Shown: in pieces, positions 43,422 through 54,836 of the stretch
How positions within the stretch are numbered: the first letter of the stretch is position 1
How the letters are laid out: each line of letters starts with the position of its first letter
NCBI GenBank assembly: GCA_963740535.1
Contig: CAVUEI010000002.1
Span: 59,743 to 123,742 of the forward strand
Direction of reading: 5' to 3'
Length of the DNA stretch: 64,000 bases
Source: an uncultured Acidimicrobiaceae bacterium
GTDB taxonomy: Bacteria; Actinomycetota; Acidimicrobiia; Acidimicrobiales; RAAP-2
Notes under the pieces: generated by a model
What the model was told of the DNA's origin: nothing
Database searches by the model: none
Seen by the model: only the letters and a program-made list of their open reading frames with translations
Made by a program: the position numbers and the translations under genes

Positions 43422-44897
43422 ATGGATCAGATCCCGGCGCTTGAGGTCAACGACGTTCGCTTCGACGAATCCGTTGACGTGGTCGTGGTGGGCCTGGGCG
43501 TGGCGGGCGCGTCAGCGGTTGTGGCGGCGCGCCAGACAGGAGCGGACGTGCTGGCCGTCGAACGTGGCGCCGGACCCGGTGGGACGTCCGCCAACTCGGG
43601 CGGTCTCATCTACCTGGGAGGCGGAACGGCGTTGCAGATCGCCTGTGGCTTCCAGGACTCGCCGGAGAACATGGCGGCGTTCCTCCGGGCCGCCCTTGGT
43701 CCCGCCGTCGACGACGATCGTGTCGACGTGTACTGCGACGGTTCGCCCGACCACTTCAACTGGTTGATCTCGATCGGCGTGCCGTTCCGGGCGGCGTTCT
43801 GCGACGAGCCGAATCGAGAATCGTCCGATGACGCGGGGCTGCTCTTCAGCGGCGGTGAGGACGCCTACCCGTTTGACGAGACTTCGATCCCGGTCCCGCG
43901 CGGTCACAAACCGCAGTACATCGACTCCGCCGGCGGCTTCCTCATGAAATGCCTCGGCGCCGCCGTGTCGACCAGCGGAGCCCGCGTCGTTGCCGATGCC
44001 CGCGCCGAAGCATTGATCGTCGACGGCGGAGGGGTCGTGGGCGTGCGGGTGCAGACCGACGACGGACTTCGCTCCATCCGAGCCAGCGGAGGGGTGATCC
44101 TGGCTACCGGCGGCTTCATCCACAACGACGCGATGGTCGCCGAACATTGTCCACTGGCCCACACACCCGACGCGGCCTGGCGGATCGGCACCCCCGCCGA
44201 CGACGGCCGCGGTATCCGCATGGGCGTGGGCGCGGGCGCGGCGGCAACGAGGCTCGACACCTTCGAGTGCGCGTTACCCCTTGGGCCGCCCCACCGCCTG
44301 GCGCGGGGAATCCTCGTCAACCGGCACGGCGAGCGGTTCATCAACGAGGACGCCTACACCGGCCGCATCGGCCTCCACGCCCTCCGCGATCACGGCGGTC
44401 AGGTTCACATGATCACCGATGACGTGATCCATGAGCCCAACCTCATCGGACTACGCATCGGCTACGCGGCGGCCACCCCTGAGGAACTGGCCGCCGACAT
44501 CGACGTCCCGCCCGACACCTTGGCGCGCACGGTGCGCGAGTACAACGAGGCGGCGGCACGCGGCGATGACCCGGCGTTCCACAAGCGGGCGCCCTACCTG
44601 CAGCCCATCGGGGAACCTCCGGCGACCGGCATTGGCGCTATCGACCTGCGCGTGGACCATGGCGCCATTTACGCCACCTTTACGCTCGGCGGTCTCAAGA
44701 CCGACCCCGACGGTGCTGCGCTCGACAGCGGGGGTCAGCGCATCTCGGGTCTCTACGCCGTCGGTCGGACCGCGGCCAGCCTGGCGGCTCAGCACTACGC
44801 CAGCGGCATCAGCCTTGGCGACGGTTCGTTTTTCGGCCGACGTGCCGGCCGCCACGCGGCAGCGCAAGCCCGGGCGGAGCGCTCGACCAGCCGGTGA
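43422..44897 (+). CDS. FAD-dependent oxidoreductase (KstD / fumarate-reductase flavoprotein-like)
   Basis: SD GAGGAGGGGG sits immediately upstream of the ATG at 43422. Dinucleotide fold VDVVVVGLGVAGASAV. C-terminal GLYAVGRTA. Confidence 0.75.
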   Translation: MDQIPALEVNDVRFDESVDVVVVGLGVAGASAVVAARQTGADVLAVERGAGPGGTSANSGGLIYLGGGTALQIACGFQDSPENMAAFLRAALGPAVDDDRVDVYCDGSPDHFNWLISIGVPFRAAFCDEPNRESSDDAGLLFSGGEDAYPFDETSIPVPRGHKPQYIDSAGGFLMKCLGAAVSTSGARVVADARAEALIVDGGGVVGVRVQTDDGLRSIRASGGVILATGGFIHNDAMVAEHCPLAHTPDAAWRIGTPADDGRGIRMGVGAGAAATRLDTFECALPLGPPHRLARGILVNRHGERFINEDAYTGRIGLHALRDHGGQVHMITDDVIHEPNLIGLRIGYAAATPEELAADIDVPPDTLARTVREYNEAAARGDDPAFHKRAPYLQPIGEPPATGIGAIDLRVDHGAIYATFTLGGLKTDPDGAALDSGGQRISGLYAVGRTAASLAAQHYASGISLGDGSFFGRRAGRHAAAQARAERSTSR

Positions 44898-44960
44898 CAC
44901 GCCCGACCATGCCCTGACCGGGGATGACGGTGGTCAGGTGCGCTCTGCGAGAATGGACCG

Positions 44961-46115
44961 GTGAGCGCATCGAGCTTCGCCCTGACCGACGTCCAACGGG
45001 AGTTTCGAGACACCCTGCGTACCTTCTGCGAGGAGAAGGTGGCGCCGCACGCGGCCGAGGTCGACCGCAACGCCGAGTTCCCTTGGAAGTCCTTCGAGGC
45101 CTGCCGGGAGATGGAGCTGCCCGCCCTCGGCATCCCCGAGGCCTACGGCGGCGCCGGCGCGGACACCGTCACCCAGGCCATCGCCGCCGAGGAGCTGGCG
45201 CGGGTCTGCGCCTCGACGTCCCTGACCATCCTGATCTCCAAGCTCGGGATGGTGCCGGTCATGAACTGGGGCAGCGAGGAGCTCAAGAGGGAGTACATGC
45301 CCAAGGTGGCGGCCGGCGAGATCCAGGCCAGCTACTGCCTGTCCGAGGCGGACGCCGGGAGCGACGTGGCGGCCATGCGCACCCGGGCCGTCCGCGACGG
45401 CGATGACTACATCCTCACCGGCTCGAAGTACTGGATCACCAATGCAGGGATCTCCGACGTCTACATCGTCTTCGCCAAGACAGACCCCGCGGCGGGCGGG
45501 CGGGGCATCTCGTGCTTCCTGGTCGAGAAGGAGTGGGGGATCCGGATCGCCAAGCACGAGGACAAGCTGGGCCTGCGGGGGAGCCCGACCGGTGAGGTCA
45601 TCCTCGACGAGGTACGCGTCCCGGCCTCACACCGCATCGGCGAGGAGGGCCAGGGCTTCACGGTCGCCATGCACACCTTGGACCGCAGCCGGCCCACCAT
45701 CGGCGCGCAGGCGGTCGGCATCGCGCAGGGCGCCATCGACTACGCGGCCGCCTACATGAAGCAGCGGCGCGCCTTCGGCGGCCCGATCGCCGACCTGCAG
45801 GGTCTGCGCTTCATGCTGGCCGACATGGCCATGCGCAACGAGGCCGCCCGCGCCCTCGTCTACCGCGCCTGCGCCATGGTCGACAGCGACCCGAGCGGCG
45901 AGCTGACCAAGTTCGGCGCCATGGCCAAGGCGTTCGCATCGGATGCCTCCATGTCGATCACGATCGACGCCGTGCAGCTCCTCGGTGGCTACGGCTACAC
46001 GAAGGACTTCCCCGTCGAGCGGTTCCTGCGCGACGCCAAGGTGACCCAGATTTACGAGGGCACCAACCAGGTGCAGCGGGTGGTCATCGCCCGCGAAGTG
46101 CTCAAGAACGCCTGA
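44961..46115 (+). CDS. Acyl-CoA dehydrogenase
   Basis: 384 aa with YCLSEADAGSDV, ITNAG and QLLGGYGYTKDFPVERFLRDAKVTQIYEGTNQVQ. Confidence 0.9.
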   Translation: MSASSFALTDVQREFRDTLRTFCEEKVAPHAAEVDRNAEFPWKSFEACREMELPALGIPEAYGGAGADTVTQAIAAEELARVCASTSLTILISKLGMVPVMNWGSEELKREYMPKVAAGEIQASYCLSEADAGSDVAAMRTRAVRDGDDYILTGSKYWITNAGISDVYIVFAKTDPAAGGRGISCFLVEKEWGIRIAKHEDKLGLRGSPTGEVILDEVRVPASHRIGEEGQGFTVAMHTLDRSRPTIGAQAVGIAQGAIDYAAAYMKQRRAFGGPIADLQGLRFMLADMAMRNEAARALVYRACAMVDSDPSGELTKFGAMAKAFASDASMSITIDAVQLLGGYGYTKDFPVERFLRDAKVTQIYEGTNQVQRVVIAREVLKNA

Positions 46116-46277
46116 CCGTCGGGCCCTGTCCCGGGTCCGCTGGGCCGGGTGCGCGCTCTGGCGGACCCGGTGCTCTTGACGGGTTGGCCGATTTCGGCCC
46201 GGCGGAACGGCGTTGGCGCCCGGCGACCAGGCCCGGGCAGACTTCCGGGGCCGGCCCGGACGGGCCGGTGGTAAAGT

Positions 46278-46291
46278 TAGAACAGGTTCTA
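46278..46291. promoter_or_regulatory. KstR-type TetR operator candidate TAGAACAGGTTCTA
   Basis: Perfect 6-2-6 palindrome about 55 nt upstream of the thiolase ATG. Matches the published TnnAACnnGTTnnA motif. Confidence 0.55.
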
Positions 46292-46292
46292 G

Positions 46293-47528
<1,236 letters not shown>

Positions 47529-47605
47529 CCCGCAGCGACCCGCACTCACAAGACTCGCACTCTCAATTCGACTTCCATTTTCGGCGCCTACCCCTGGAGG
47601 GGACC

Positions 47606-48400
47606 GTGACTTCGACTGAGCACCTGACGTTCGAGCGCGACGGCGCAACGGCGATCGTGACGATGAACCGGCCCGAGGCGAAGAACGCCCTGAGCCTGCC
47701 CATGCTGGTCGGCATGAAGGACGCCTGGGAGGAGATCGACGGCAACGACGACATCCGCTGCGCCATCCTCACCGGTGCAGGCGGCACGTTCTGCGCCGGC
47801 ATGGACCTCAAGGCCATGGGCGGCAGCGACGCCGAGAAGTACCAGCACCGCATGGCCGAAGACCCCGACCTGCACTGGAAGGCGCTGCTGCGCCACTACG
47901 ACCTGCGCAAGCCGCTGATCGCCGCCGTCGAGGGCTGGGCCGTGGCGGGGGGGACCGAGATCCTGCAGGCCACCGACATCCGCGTGGCGGGGCAGGGCGC
48001 CGTCTTCGGCGTCTTCGAGGCCAAGCGCGGCCTCTTCCCCCTCGGCGGCTCGACGGTGCGGCTGCGGCGCCAGATCCCCTACACGCTCGCCATGGAGCTG
48101 CTCCTGACGGCGCGTGAGGTGCCGGCAGAGGAGGCGCTGCGCATCGGGCTCATCGGCCACGTCGTCCCCGACGGCACGGCGCTGGACAAGGCGCTGGAGA
48201 TCGCGGCGGTGATCGGGGCGAACGGGCCGCTGGCGGTGGAGGCGATCAAGCGCAGCGTGCGCGAGACCGAGGGCATGTCCGAGGTGGACGGCCTGGCCCG
48301 CGAGCTCGAGATCGGATGGCCCGTCTTCTCCAGCAACGACGCCGCCGAGGGGCAGAAGGCCTTCGCCGAGAAGCGGCCGCCCAACTACACCCGCACGTGA
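47606..48400 (+). CDS. Enoyl-CoA hydratase/isomerase (crotonase)
   Basis: GTG start. Contains TFERDGATAIVTMNRPEAKNAL...GAGGTFCAGMDL...VEGWAVAGGTE. Confidence 0.88.
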   Translation: MTSTEHLTFERDGATAIVTMNRPEAKNALSLPMLVGMKDAWEEIDGNDDIRCAILTGAGGTFCAGMDLKAMGGSDAEKYQHRMAEDPDLHWKALLRHYDLRKPLIAAVEGWAVAGGTEILQATDIRVAGQGAVFGVFEAKRGLFPLGGSTVRLRRQIPYTLAMELLLTAREVPAEEALRIGLIGHVVPDGTALDKALEIAAVIGANGPLAVEAIKRSVRETEGMSEVDGLARELEIGWPVFSSNDAAEGQKAFAEKRPPNYTRT

Positions 48401-49213
48401 GCGAGCCCGGGGGCGAGGGCTTCGATCCCGGCCCGGGTGGCGGCTACCCGGGCATCGACGGCGTTGCCACCTCGTCGGCGCCGGACCTGCCCATCAACCG
48501 GGTCGCTGCTGCGCTGCGCCGCATCGGCGCGGTGACCATCGGCCAGCCGGTCGAGGACGACGACCTCGGTGTGGCAGCCGCCGAGTTGGCCGTGGTGGCG
48601 GACCGGCTCGAGGAGGCGGCCGCTCGCTCGAAGCGGCGTCGCAACACGCCGGGCCAGAACGGGTTCCCCGGCGTGCATCCCCAGGACCACTTCCCGACCA
48701 GCCCCGATGATCGGCTTCGCCAACCCCATCGCGCCGCCCGTCGAGGTGTGGGCGGTGCACGGACCGGACGGCGGGCGCGAGCTCCGAGGACGCGTCACGT
48801 TCGACTATCCCTACGAGGGGCCGCCCACCTGTGTCCACGGGGGCGTCATCGCCGAGCTCTTCGACGAGATGCTCGGCCTGTCCAACATCCTCGCCGGGCT
48901 GGGCGCCATGACCGGCACTTTGACGGTGCGCTACCGGCGCCCCACGCCGTTGCTGGCCCCGATTGAGCTGGCGGCCCGCCACACGGGCCGCGAGGGACGC
49001 AAGGTCTACACCTGGGGCGGCATGTACCACGAGGGTCAGCTCACCGCCGAGGCGGAGGGCATCTTCATCCTCGTGGACCCACGCCGGATGCTCGACATCG
49101 TCTCCGGCAACGCCCACGGCGCGCACAGCGCCGAGGGGCCGTTGGTCGATGCGGACTGGCAGCGGATGATGGAGAAGGCGGCGCAAGCCAAGGCCGCCGA
49201 GGCCGAGGGCTGA
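48397..49213 (+). pseudogene. PaaI/hotdog-fold thioesterase with N-terminal extension, frame shift near 48700
   Basis: GTG overlaps the echA stop. The hotdog core PTCVHGGVIAELFDEMLG...GTLTVRYRRPTPL is in ORF 48569-49213. Confidence 0.6.
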
Positions 49214-49262
49214 TTCTCTTCTCTCGTCTGGAGACCGACGGGAGGGCGAGCAGCAGCTCCGC

Positions 49263-50817
49263 TCAGACCGCCCGCTGCACGCCTTCCCAGTACGGGTCGC
49301 GCAGCTTGCGCTTGTAGAGCTTGCCGTTGGGGTCCCGGGGCATCTCGTCGGTGAAGTCGATGGACTTCGGCGTCTTGAACTTGGCCAGCTTGTCCGGCGC
49401 AGTAGGCCAGGATCTCGGCCGCCAGCTCGTCGCTCGCCGCGACGCCCTCGGCCGGCTCGATCACCGCCTTGACCTCCTCGCCCCAGTCGTCGTTGGGGAT
49501 CCCGAAGACGGCGGCGTCGCCCACCTTGGGGTGGGTGAGCAGGACACCCTCGATCTCGGCGGGGTAGATGTTGGCGCCGCCCGAGATGATCATGTCGATC
49601 TTGCGGTCGCGCAGGAACAGGTAGCCGTCCTCGTCGATCAGCCCCACATCGCCGACGGTGAAGAACGCGCCGATGCGGTTCTTCTTGGTCTTCTCCTTGT
49701 CGCCGTGGTACTCGAAGTCGGCCGACTGCATGGCCATGTACACCGTGCCGATCACGTTGGGCTCGCTGATCCGGTTGCCGTCGTCGTCGAAGATGGCGAT
49801 CTCGCTGATGGGCCAGGGCCGGCCCACCGTGCCGGGCTTGGCCAGCCACTCCTCGGCGTTGACCAGCGTGCCGCCGCCCTCGCTCGCCGCGTAGTACTCG
49901 TCGACCGCGTTGCCCCACCAGTCGATCATCTTCTGCTTCACGTCGATCGGGCAGGGGGCGGCGGCGTGGATCATGTGGCGCAGGGACGACACGTCGTACT
50001 TCGACCGCACGTCCTCGGGCAGCGCGAGCAGGCGGTGGAACTGGGTGGGCACCATGTGCGAGGTCGTGACCCGGCGTTCCTCAATGAGGCGGAGCATGTC
50101 CTCGGGCTGCCACTTGTCCATGAGCACAATGGTGTGGCCGAGGTGGAGCGACGCGCTCCCGAAGCGGAGCACCGCCGTGTGGTACAGCGGCGAACCGATG
50201 ATGTGGACGTTGTCGTCCTGGGGTTGGATCCCGAAGAGGAACAGGAGCCCCGAGAGCCCGAGCGCGGCCTGCTCGGGCGTGACGCCGAGCAGCTTGCGGT
50301 AGATCCCCTTGGGGTTGCCCGTCGTCCCCGAGGTGTAGTTCATGACGTCGCCGACGGTCCGGTCCTCGGGCAGCGTGGTCGGCTGGGCGTCGCGCACGGC
50401 GGCGTAGGAGGCGAAACCGGGCACGTCGCCGACGGCGAGGCGGCCGGCCGCAGCGAGCCCGACCTCGTCGGCCGCGGCCACTGCCACGGTGCCGAAGCGC
50501 TCGTGGGCGATGAACGCGGTGGCCCCGGAGTCCTTCAGGATGTAGGCCACCTCGGGCGCCACGAGGTGGTGGTTGATGGGGACGAGGTACCAGCCGGCCT
50601 GGAGGGCGGCCAGGTACACCTCGAGCATCTCGGCGCAGTTGGGGAGCAGGGTGGCCACCACCGAGCCCGGCTCGAACCCCTGGGCCCGCAGGGCGTGCAC
50701 GAGCTGGTTGGCATGGCCCAGGAGCAGGCCGGCCTTCACCTCGTCACCCTCGGGCGTCACCAGGGCCAGGTAGTCGGGGTCTTCCTGGGCCAGAGCCCAG
50801 AAGCCGAGGTCACCCAT
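49263..50817 (-). pseudogene. Acyl-CoA synthetase (AMP-forming), C-terminal frame shift near 49390
   Basis: MNYTSGTTGNPKG, YYAASEGGG, TVGDVGLIDEDGYLFLRDRKIDMIISGGANIYP. The tail KLAKFKTPKSIDFTDEMPRDPNGKLYKRKLRDPYWEGVQRAV* is in the next frame (stop 49263-49265). Confidence 0.85.
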
Positions 50818-50877
50818 CAGCAGTCTCCTTGCACACTCGCGGGCGGGCGCAAATGGCAGCCCCCGCCACCCGCAGGC

Positions 50878-50891
50878 TAGAACGTGTTCTA
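50878..50891. promoter_or_regulatory. KstR-type TetR operator candidate TAGAACGTGTTCTA
   Basis: Perfect 6-2-6 palindrome in the 136-nt divergent gap between the acyl-CoA synthetase and the SDR. It extends to a 30-nt imperfect palindrome at 50870-50899. Confidence 0.6.
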
Positions 50892-50953
50892 ACTTACGGC
50901 AATTTCGGGCGCCCGGCCGGTCGGCCGGCACCGAGAGATCAGGAGAGTCGACC

Positions 50954-51862
50954 ATGGCAGGGTTCCTCGAAGGCAAGGTCGTCGCGGTCACCGGCGGCGG
51001 GGGCGGCATCGGCCGCGCCGTGGCCCTGGCCGCCGCGGCCGAGGGGGCCAGGGTGCTGGTGGCCGACTTCGGGGTGGGCATGGCCGGCGAGGACCCGAGC
51101 AGCGATGTGGCCGACGCCGTCGTGGCCGAGATCACCAAGGCGGGCGGCGAGGCGATCGCCGTGGCCGACGACATCTCGAAGATGGAGTCGGGCGAGCGGC
51201 TGATCGCCACCGCGGTGGAGAAGTGGGGGAGCATCGACGGCGTGGTGGCGGTGGCCGGGATTCTGCGCGAGCGGATGCTGTTCAACATGTCCGAGGACGA
51301 GTGGGACGCAGTGATCGCCACCCACCTGAAGGGGCACTTCACGGTGTTCCGGGCCGCGGCGGCGGTCATGCGCAAGCAGGAGGGCGGTGGCGCGCTCATC
51401 GGTTTCACGTCCGGCGCCTTCGCCGGCAGCGTCGCGCAGGCGAACTACTCGGCCGCCAAGGGCGGCATCGTGTCGCTGGTGCGCTCGGCCGCCGTCGGCC
51501 TGCACCGCTACGGCGTCACCGCCAACGCCATCGCGCCGGTGGCCCGCACCCGCATGTCGGCCAACGTGCCGTCGGAGCTGGCCGAGATGGGCGACCCCGA
51601 GGACGTGGCGCCGATGGTCGTCTACCTGCTGAGCGACAAGGCGAAGCACATCACCGGTCAGGTGTACACGGTGGTCGGTTCGAAGATCGCCGTGTGGAAC
51701 CAGCCGACCGAGGTGCGGGCGATGTGGGCCGAGGGACGCTGGACGCCCGAGCAGATCGCGGCGCGGCTGGACGGCAACGTCGGCCAGGAGCGGATGGGGA
51801 TGATCGACCGGCTGGAGCAGATGCGCCAGGCGGCGGCGTCAGGCGAGAAGCCGAACGCCTAG
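50954..51862 (+). CDS. SDR-family oxidoreductase (MFE-2 N-terminal / Hsd4A-like)
   Basis: VAVTGGGGGIGRAVA, ...NYSAAKGG.... 302 aa. Confidence 0.85.
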   Translation: MAGFLEGKVVAVTGGGGGIGRAVALAAAAEGARVLVADFGVGMAGEDPSSDVADAVVAEITKAGGEAIAVADDISKMESGERLIATAVEKWGSIDGVVAVAGILRERMLFNMSEDEWDAVIATHLKGHFTVFRAAAAVMRKQEGGGALIGFTSGAFAGSVAQANYSAAKGGIVSLVRSAAVGLHRYGVTANAIAPVARTRMSANVPSELAEMGDPEDVAPMVVYLLSDKAKHITGQVYTVVGSKIAVWNQPTEVRAMWAEGRWTPEQIAARLDGNVGQERMGMIDRLEQMRQAAASGEKPNA

Positions 51863-51932
51863 GAAGGACATCGGGCGGTTGCTCCGGGTGCCCGGTGCGA
51901 GACCCGGCGCGACCCTGTGACCCCGTGCAGGC

Positions 51933-52286
51933 TCAGGTGACCCGGTGCAGGCGGGGCCGGCGCGTCACCGCGGCGTAGACCTCGAGCGAGTTGCCCTCGT
52001 GGTGCGCGGCAAGCACCGCGGCCACACCGGGCTGCTCGGCCTCGAAGACGCGGCCCATGTCTTCGCCCCATACGACGGCGGAGCGGGCGATCTGGCGGTC
52101 GGGATGCTCCCAGGGAGGGATGCACACCTCAATCTGGTACAGGGGCTCGAAGGTCACGATGTGGGTGGGAGCGCCATCGTGCGCGGCCAACCACTCCTGC
52201 TTCTCCTCCTCCGTCCAGATCCTGTCGTTCACGATCGGAGTCCACGGCTGGACTGTGGCCATCACATCCACCCCCTCTCCCGCCAC
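51933..52286 (-). CDS. Hypothetical protein
   Basis: 117-aa ORF with an alternative start at MATVQPW (52262). No family recognised. Confidence 0.4.
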   Translation of the reverse strand: MAGEGVDVMATVQPWTPIVNDRIWTEEEKQEWLAAHDGAPTHIVTFEPLYQIEVCIPPWEHPDRQIARSAVVWGEDMGRVFEAEQPGVAAVLAAHHEGNSLEVYAAVTRRPRLHRVT

Positions 52287-52568
52287 ATCGGCAATATCCG
52301 GAGAAGGCTTGAGATCGTTCGGCCTTGCGCACGATTCGGGTGATCACGGCTCCCTGCCGCCTTCGACGCGGATCCGGCGCGTGCCCCGTGCGCCGAGGCC
52401 GCAACAACGTTGCATCAGGGTTGCGGCATGCCCCCGCCCCGGCGCCGGGGCCGGATCCACCACTACCCAACCGCTGCTCAATAGCCTCGCAGCGTGGCGC
52501 AAGGAGAGCAGACCTCGCGCCGTTCCCCTCATGAGGGGCGGGTCGGAACGTCGAACGGAGGGGTCGAA

Positions 52569-52751
52569 ATGAGCACCAGGATCGAGGAAAGGCCTGCGCA
52601 CGGCCTGGACCAGGGTGAGTCCATCCCAGAGATGCGGCCGTGGCGCGAAGTGGGCTGGATCTTCAAGGACGGCGGCGCACTGGCCATTGAGCGTCGGGGC
52701 GACAACACGAGGGCACGCGCCGCCAGGATCTTCCACCTGCGCGACGAGTAG
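52569..52751 (+). CDS. Hypothetical small protein
   Basis: SD GGAGGGG lies 7 nt before the ATG at 52569. 60-aa ORF MSTRIEERPAHGLDQGES...IFHLRDE. Confidence 0.3.
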   Translation: MSTRIEERPAHGLDQGESIPEMRPWREVGWIFKDGGALAIERRGDNTRARAARIFHLRDE

Positions 52752-52777
52752 CCCCGCCGGCGGCCCGCCGCGGGTGA

Positions 52778-53626
52778 TCAGGCGGGCTGCTCGACGCCTT
52801 CCTTGTGCTCCGTTGTTCCCGGCGCCTGGTGCGTCCGGAGCCAGTGCACCCAGCGGGACCTCGCGTGGACGAGGATCACCAGTCCCGCGACGACGAGCAG
52901 GATGCCGGCCAGCTGGACGAGGTCCGAGCCGACCCGACCGTCCTCGCCGAGCCACAGGTGCTCGTCGAGGGAACGCTCAATGCCCCAGAGGACCATGCCC
53001 GTGCCGAGCACGATCCCGGCGGGATAGCCCGTTCGGCGCGTGCCGTCGGGCCAACGGTCGAGCCGGCGCTCGATCGCGATGAGGATCAGGTAGACGGCGA
53101 AGTCCTCCATGGCCTGGAAGACGGGTACGGGCAGCCGGCGGCCGGGCTGGCCGGCGTAGTACATCCCGAACCACTGGTGTGTCGCGTGCCCACCGCCGGC
53201 GACCATCAGCTGCGGCCCCAGGAGGCGGCCCATGGCCCAGCACGCCATGAGGACGGGGGCGGCGAGGTCGAGGGCGCGGCCGAGCGGGAGCTCGGGACAG
53301 CGGCGACGGGTGAGGATGATCCCGACGGGAACCGCGAGGAGCAGGCCGCCGAAGGACGAGAGGCCACCGTGCCAGACCGCAAGGATGTCGCCGGGGTGCG
53401 CGGAGTAGGTGCCGAGGTTCGACAGCACGTGCATGGCCCGGGCGCCCACGATCGCGGCCAGGATGATCCAGAGGAAGACGGGGACGAACCAGTCGGTCGG
53501 GTAGCCGTTTCGTCGGAGGCGCCGTTCGAAGTAGGTGAACCCGAACCAGAACGTGAGCGCGAGGCCGATGCCGTAGGTGTGGACCTGGAGGGGTCCGATG
53601 TGGAAGTCGACGGGGATCGGTTTCAT
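52778..53626 (-). CDS. lgt: Prolipoprotein diacylglyceryl transferase
   Basis: MKPIPVDFHIGPLQVHTYGIGLALTFWFGF...GRLLGPQ... A polytopic membrane protein. Confidence 0.9.
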   Translation of the reverse strand: MKPIPVDFHIGPLQVHTYGIGLALTFWFGFTYFERRLRRNGYPTDWFVPVFLWIILAAIVGARAMHVLSNLGTYSAHPGDILAVWHGGLSSFGGLLLAVPVGIILTRRRCPELPLGRALDLAAPVLMACWAMGRLLGPQLMVAGGGHATHQWFGMYYAGQPGRRLPVPVFQAMEDFAVYLILIAIERRLDRWPDGTRRTGYPAGIVLGTGMVLWGIERSLDEHLWLGEDGRVGSDLVQLAGILLVVAGLVILVHARSRWVHWLRTHQAPGTTEHKEGVEQPA

Positions 53627-53711
53627 CGCACGGCTGACGCCAGGTTACGACCGTGGTGGGCCGGGATGGACTCGCTGTCGGTCAGGAGGAGCGGGGTCCG
53701 TCCGGAGCGGC

Positions 53712-54836
53712 CTAGGGCCGGCCGGCGCCCACGAAGCCCGAACCCAGCCGGAGTCCGGTGATCCACACGCTCGCTCCCGTGTAGGGCGCCTCGATCATGG
53801 AGCTGCCCCCGACGTACATGGCGACGTGCTCGGAGCCTCCGGGGCCGTAGAAGAGGAGGTCGCCGGGCTGGAGGTCGCTCACGGGCACCGGGGTCGAGTC
53901 GCCCATCTGGGCGCCCGAGTAGTGCGGCAGGCCCACTCCGACCTGGCCCCAGGACCACGCGGTGAGCCCCGAACAGTCGAACCCCGGGTTGGCGGAGCCC
54001 TTGGGGGACTCGGCTCCCCACTGGTAGGGGACGCCGATCTGGCTCTCCGCCGCCTGGACTGCGCCGGCGCCGCCAGGGGCCGTCGGCGGGGGTGCGGCCT
54101 GGCTGAGCCCGGCCAGGCTGGTCGAGCTCCCAGACGATGCGGACCGGGCGGCCGCGGCGGCGGCTGCGGCCGCCTGCTGGCGATCGGCGGCGGCCTTCGC
54201 GGCGGCGGCGGCCTCCGCCTGCTGCTGCTGCTGGACCAACTGGGCGATCTGACCCTGCTCCTGTGCGAGTGCGCCCTTCTGCTGCTCCACGGCCTGGGCG
54301 TTCTGTGCCACGGCGTTCTGCTCGGCAGTGACCGCGGACTGGGCCTGGGTCTGCTCACCTTGGAGCTGGGCCACCTGCGCGTTCAGCGTGTTCTCCGCCG
54401 TATGCAGGTTGTCGACGGCGAGAGAGATGTCGCCTTCGGCGATCTTGTTGTACTCGGTGGTGGCGCCCAGAGTTCTCTCGTTACCGCTGAAGATCGGGTT
54501 CTGCGCCGCCGCCGTGCCGTCGGAGATGTAGTTGGCGATGGCCGCCTTGGACAGGGTGGCCCTGTCGTGGGCGACCTGCTGCTGGTCGGAGGCGATGCTG
54601 GCCTTGGTCGTCGCGATGTTCGAGTTGATCTGGGAGAGGTGGTAGCGGGCGGCGTCGTACTGCTGGCTCAGGGCGGACATCTCGTTCTGCGCCTGGGTCA
54701 GTTGCGCTTCGATGGCGGCGGCCTTCGCCTTGGCGTCGGAGATGGCGTCACCGGCGGCCGGGCGCGCCAAACCAAGCACAGTGCTCGACAACACTGTGAC
54801 GACGGCCAACGCGGGGATACCGACCCGCTGGAGCAC
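53712..54836 (-). CDS. Secreted NlpC/P60 (C40) peptidoglycan endopeptidase with coiled-coil N-domain (RipA-like)
   Basis: C-terminal FDCSGLTAWSWGQ...HVAMYVG. A long Ala/Gln-rich coiled coil. GTG at 54836 has SD AAGGAG 7 nt upstream, and a signal-like VLQRVGIPALAVVTVLSSTVLGLA follows. The ORF track extends to 54908. Confidence 0.88.
   Translation of the reverse strand: MLQRVGIPALAVVTVLSSTVLGLARPAAGDAISDAKAKAAAIEAQLTQAQNEMSALSQQYDAARYHLSQINSNIATTKASIASDQQQVAHDRATLSKAAIANYISDGTAAAQNPIFSGNERTLGATTEYNKIAEGDISLAVDNLHTAENTLNAQVAQLQGEQTQAQSAVTAEQNAVAQNAQAVEQQKGALAQEQGQIAQLVQQQQQAEAAAAAKAAADRQQAAAAAAAAARSASSGSSTSLAGLSQAAPPPTAPGGAGAVQAAESQIGVPYQWGAESPKGSANPGFDCSGLTAWSWGQVGVGLPHYSGAQMGDSTPVPVSDLQPGDLLFYGPGGSEHVAMYVGGSSMIEAPYTGASVWITGLRLGSGFVGAGRP

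Noticed and set aside
54130-54260. Repetitive GCC/GCG/CAG tracts that look like a tandem repeat.
   Set aside because: They encode the Ala/Gln-rich coiled-coil linker of the NlpC/P60 protein (QQQQQAEAAAAAKAAADRQQAAAAAAAAA). This is coding low complexity, not a repeat element or CRISPR array.
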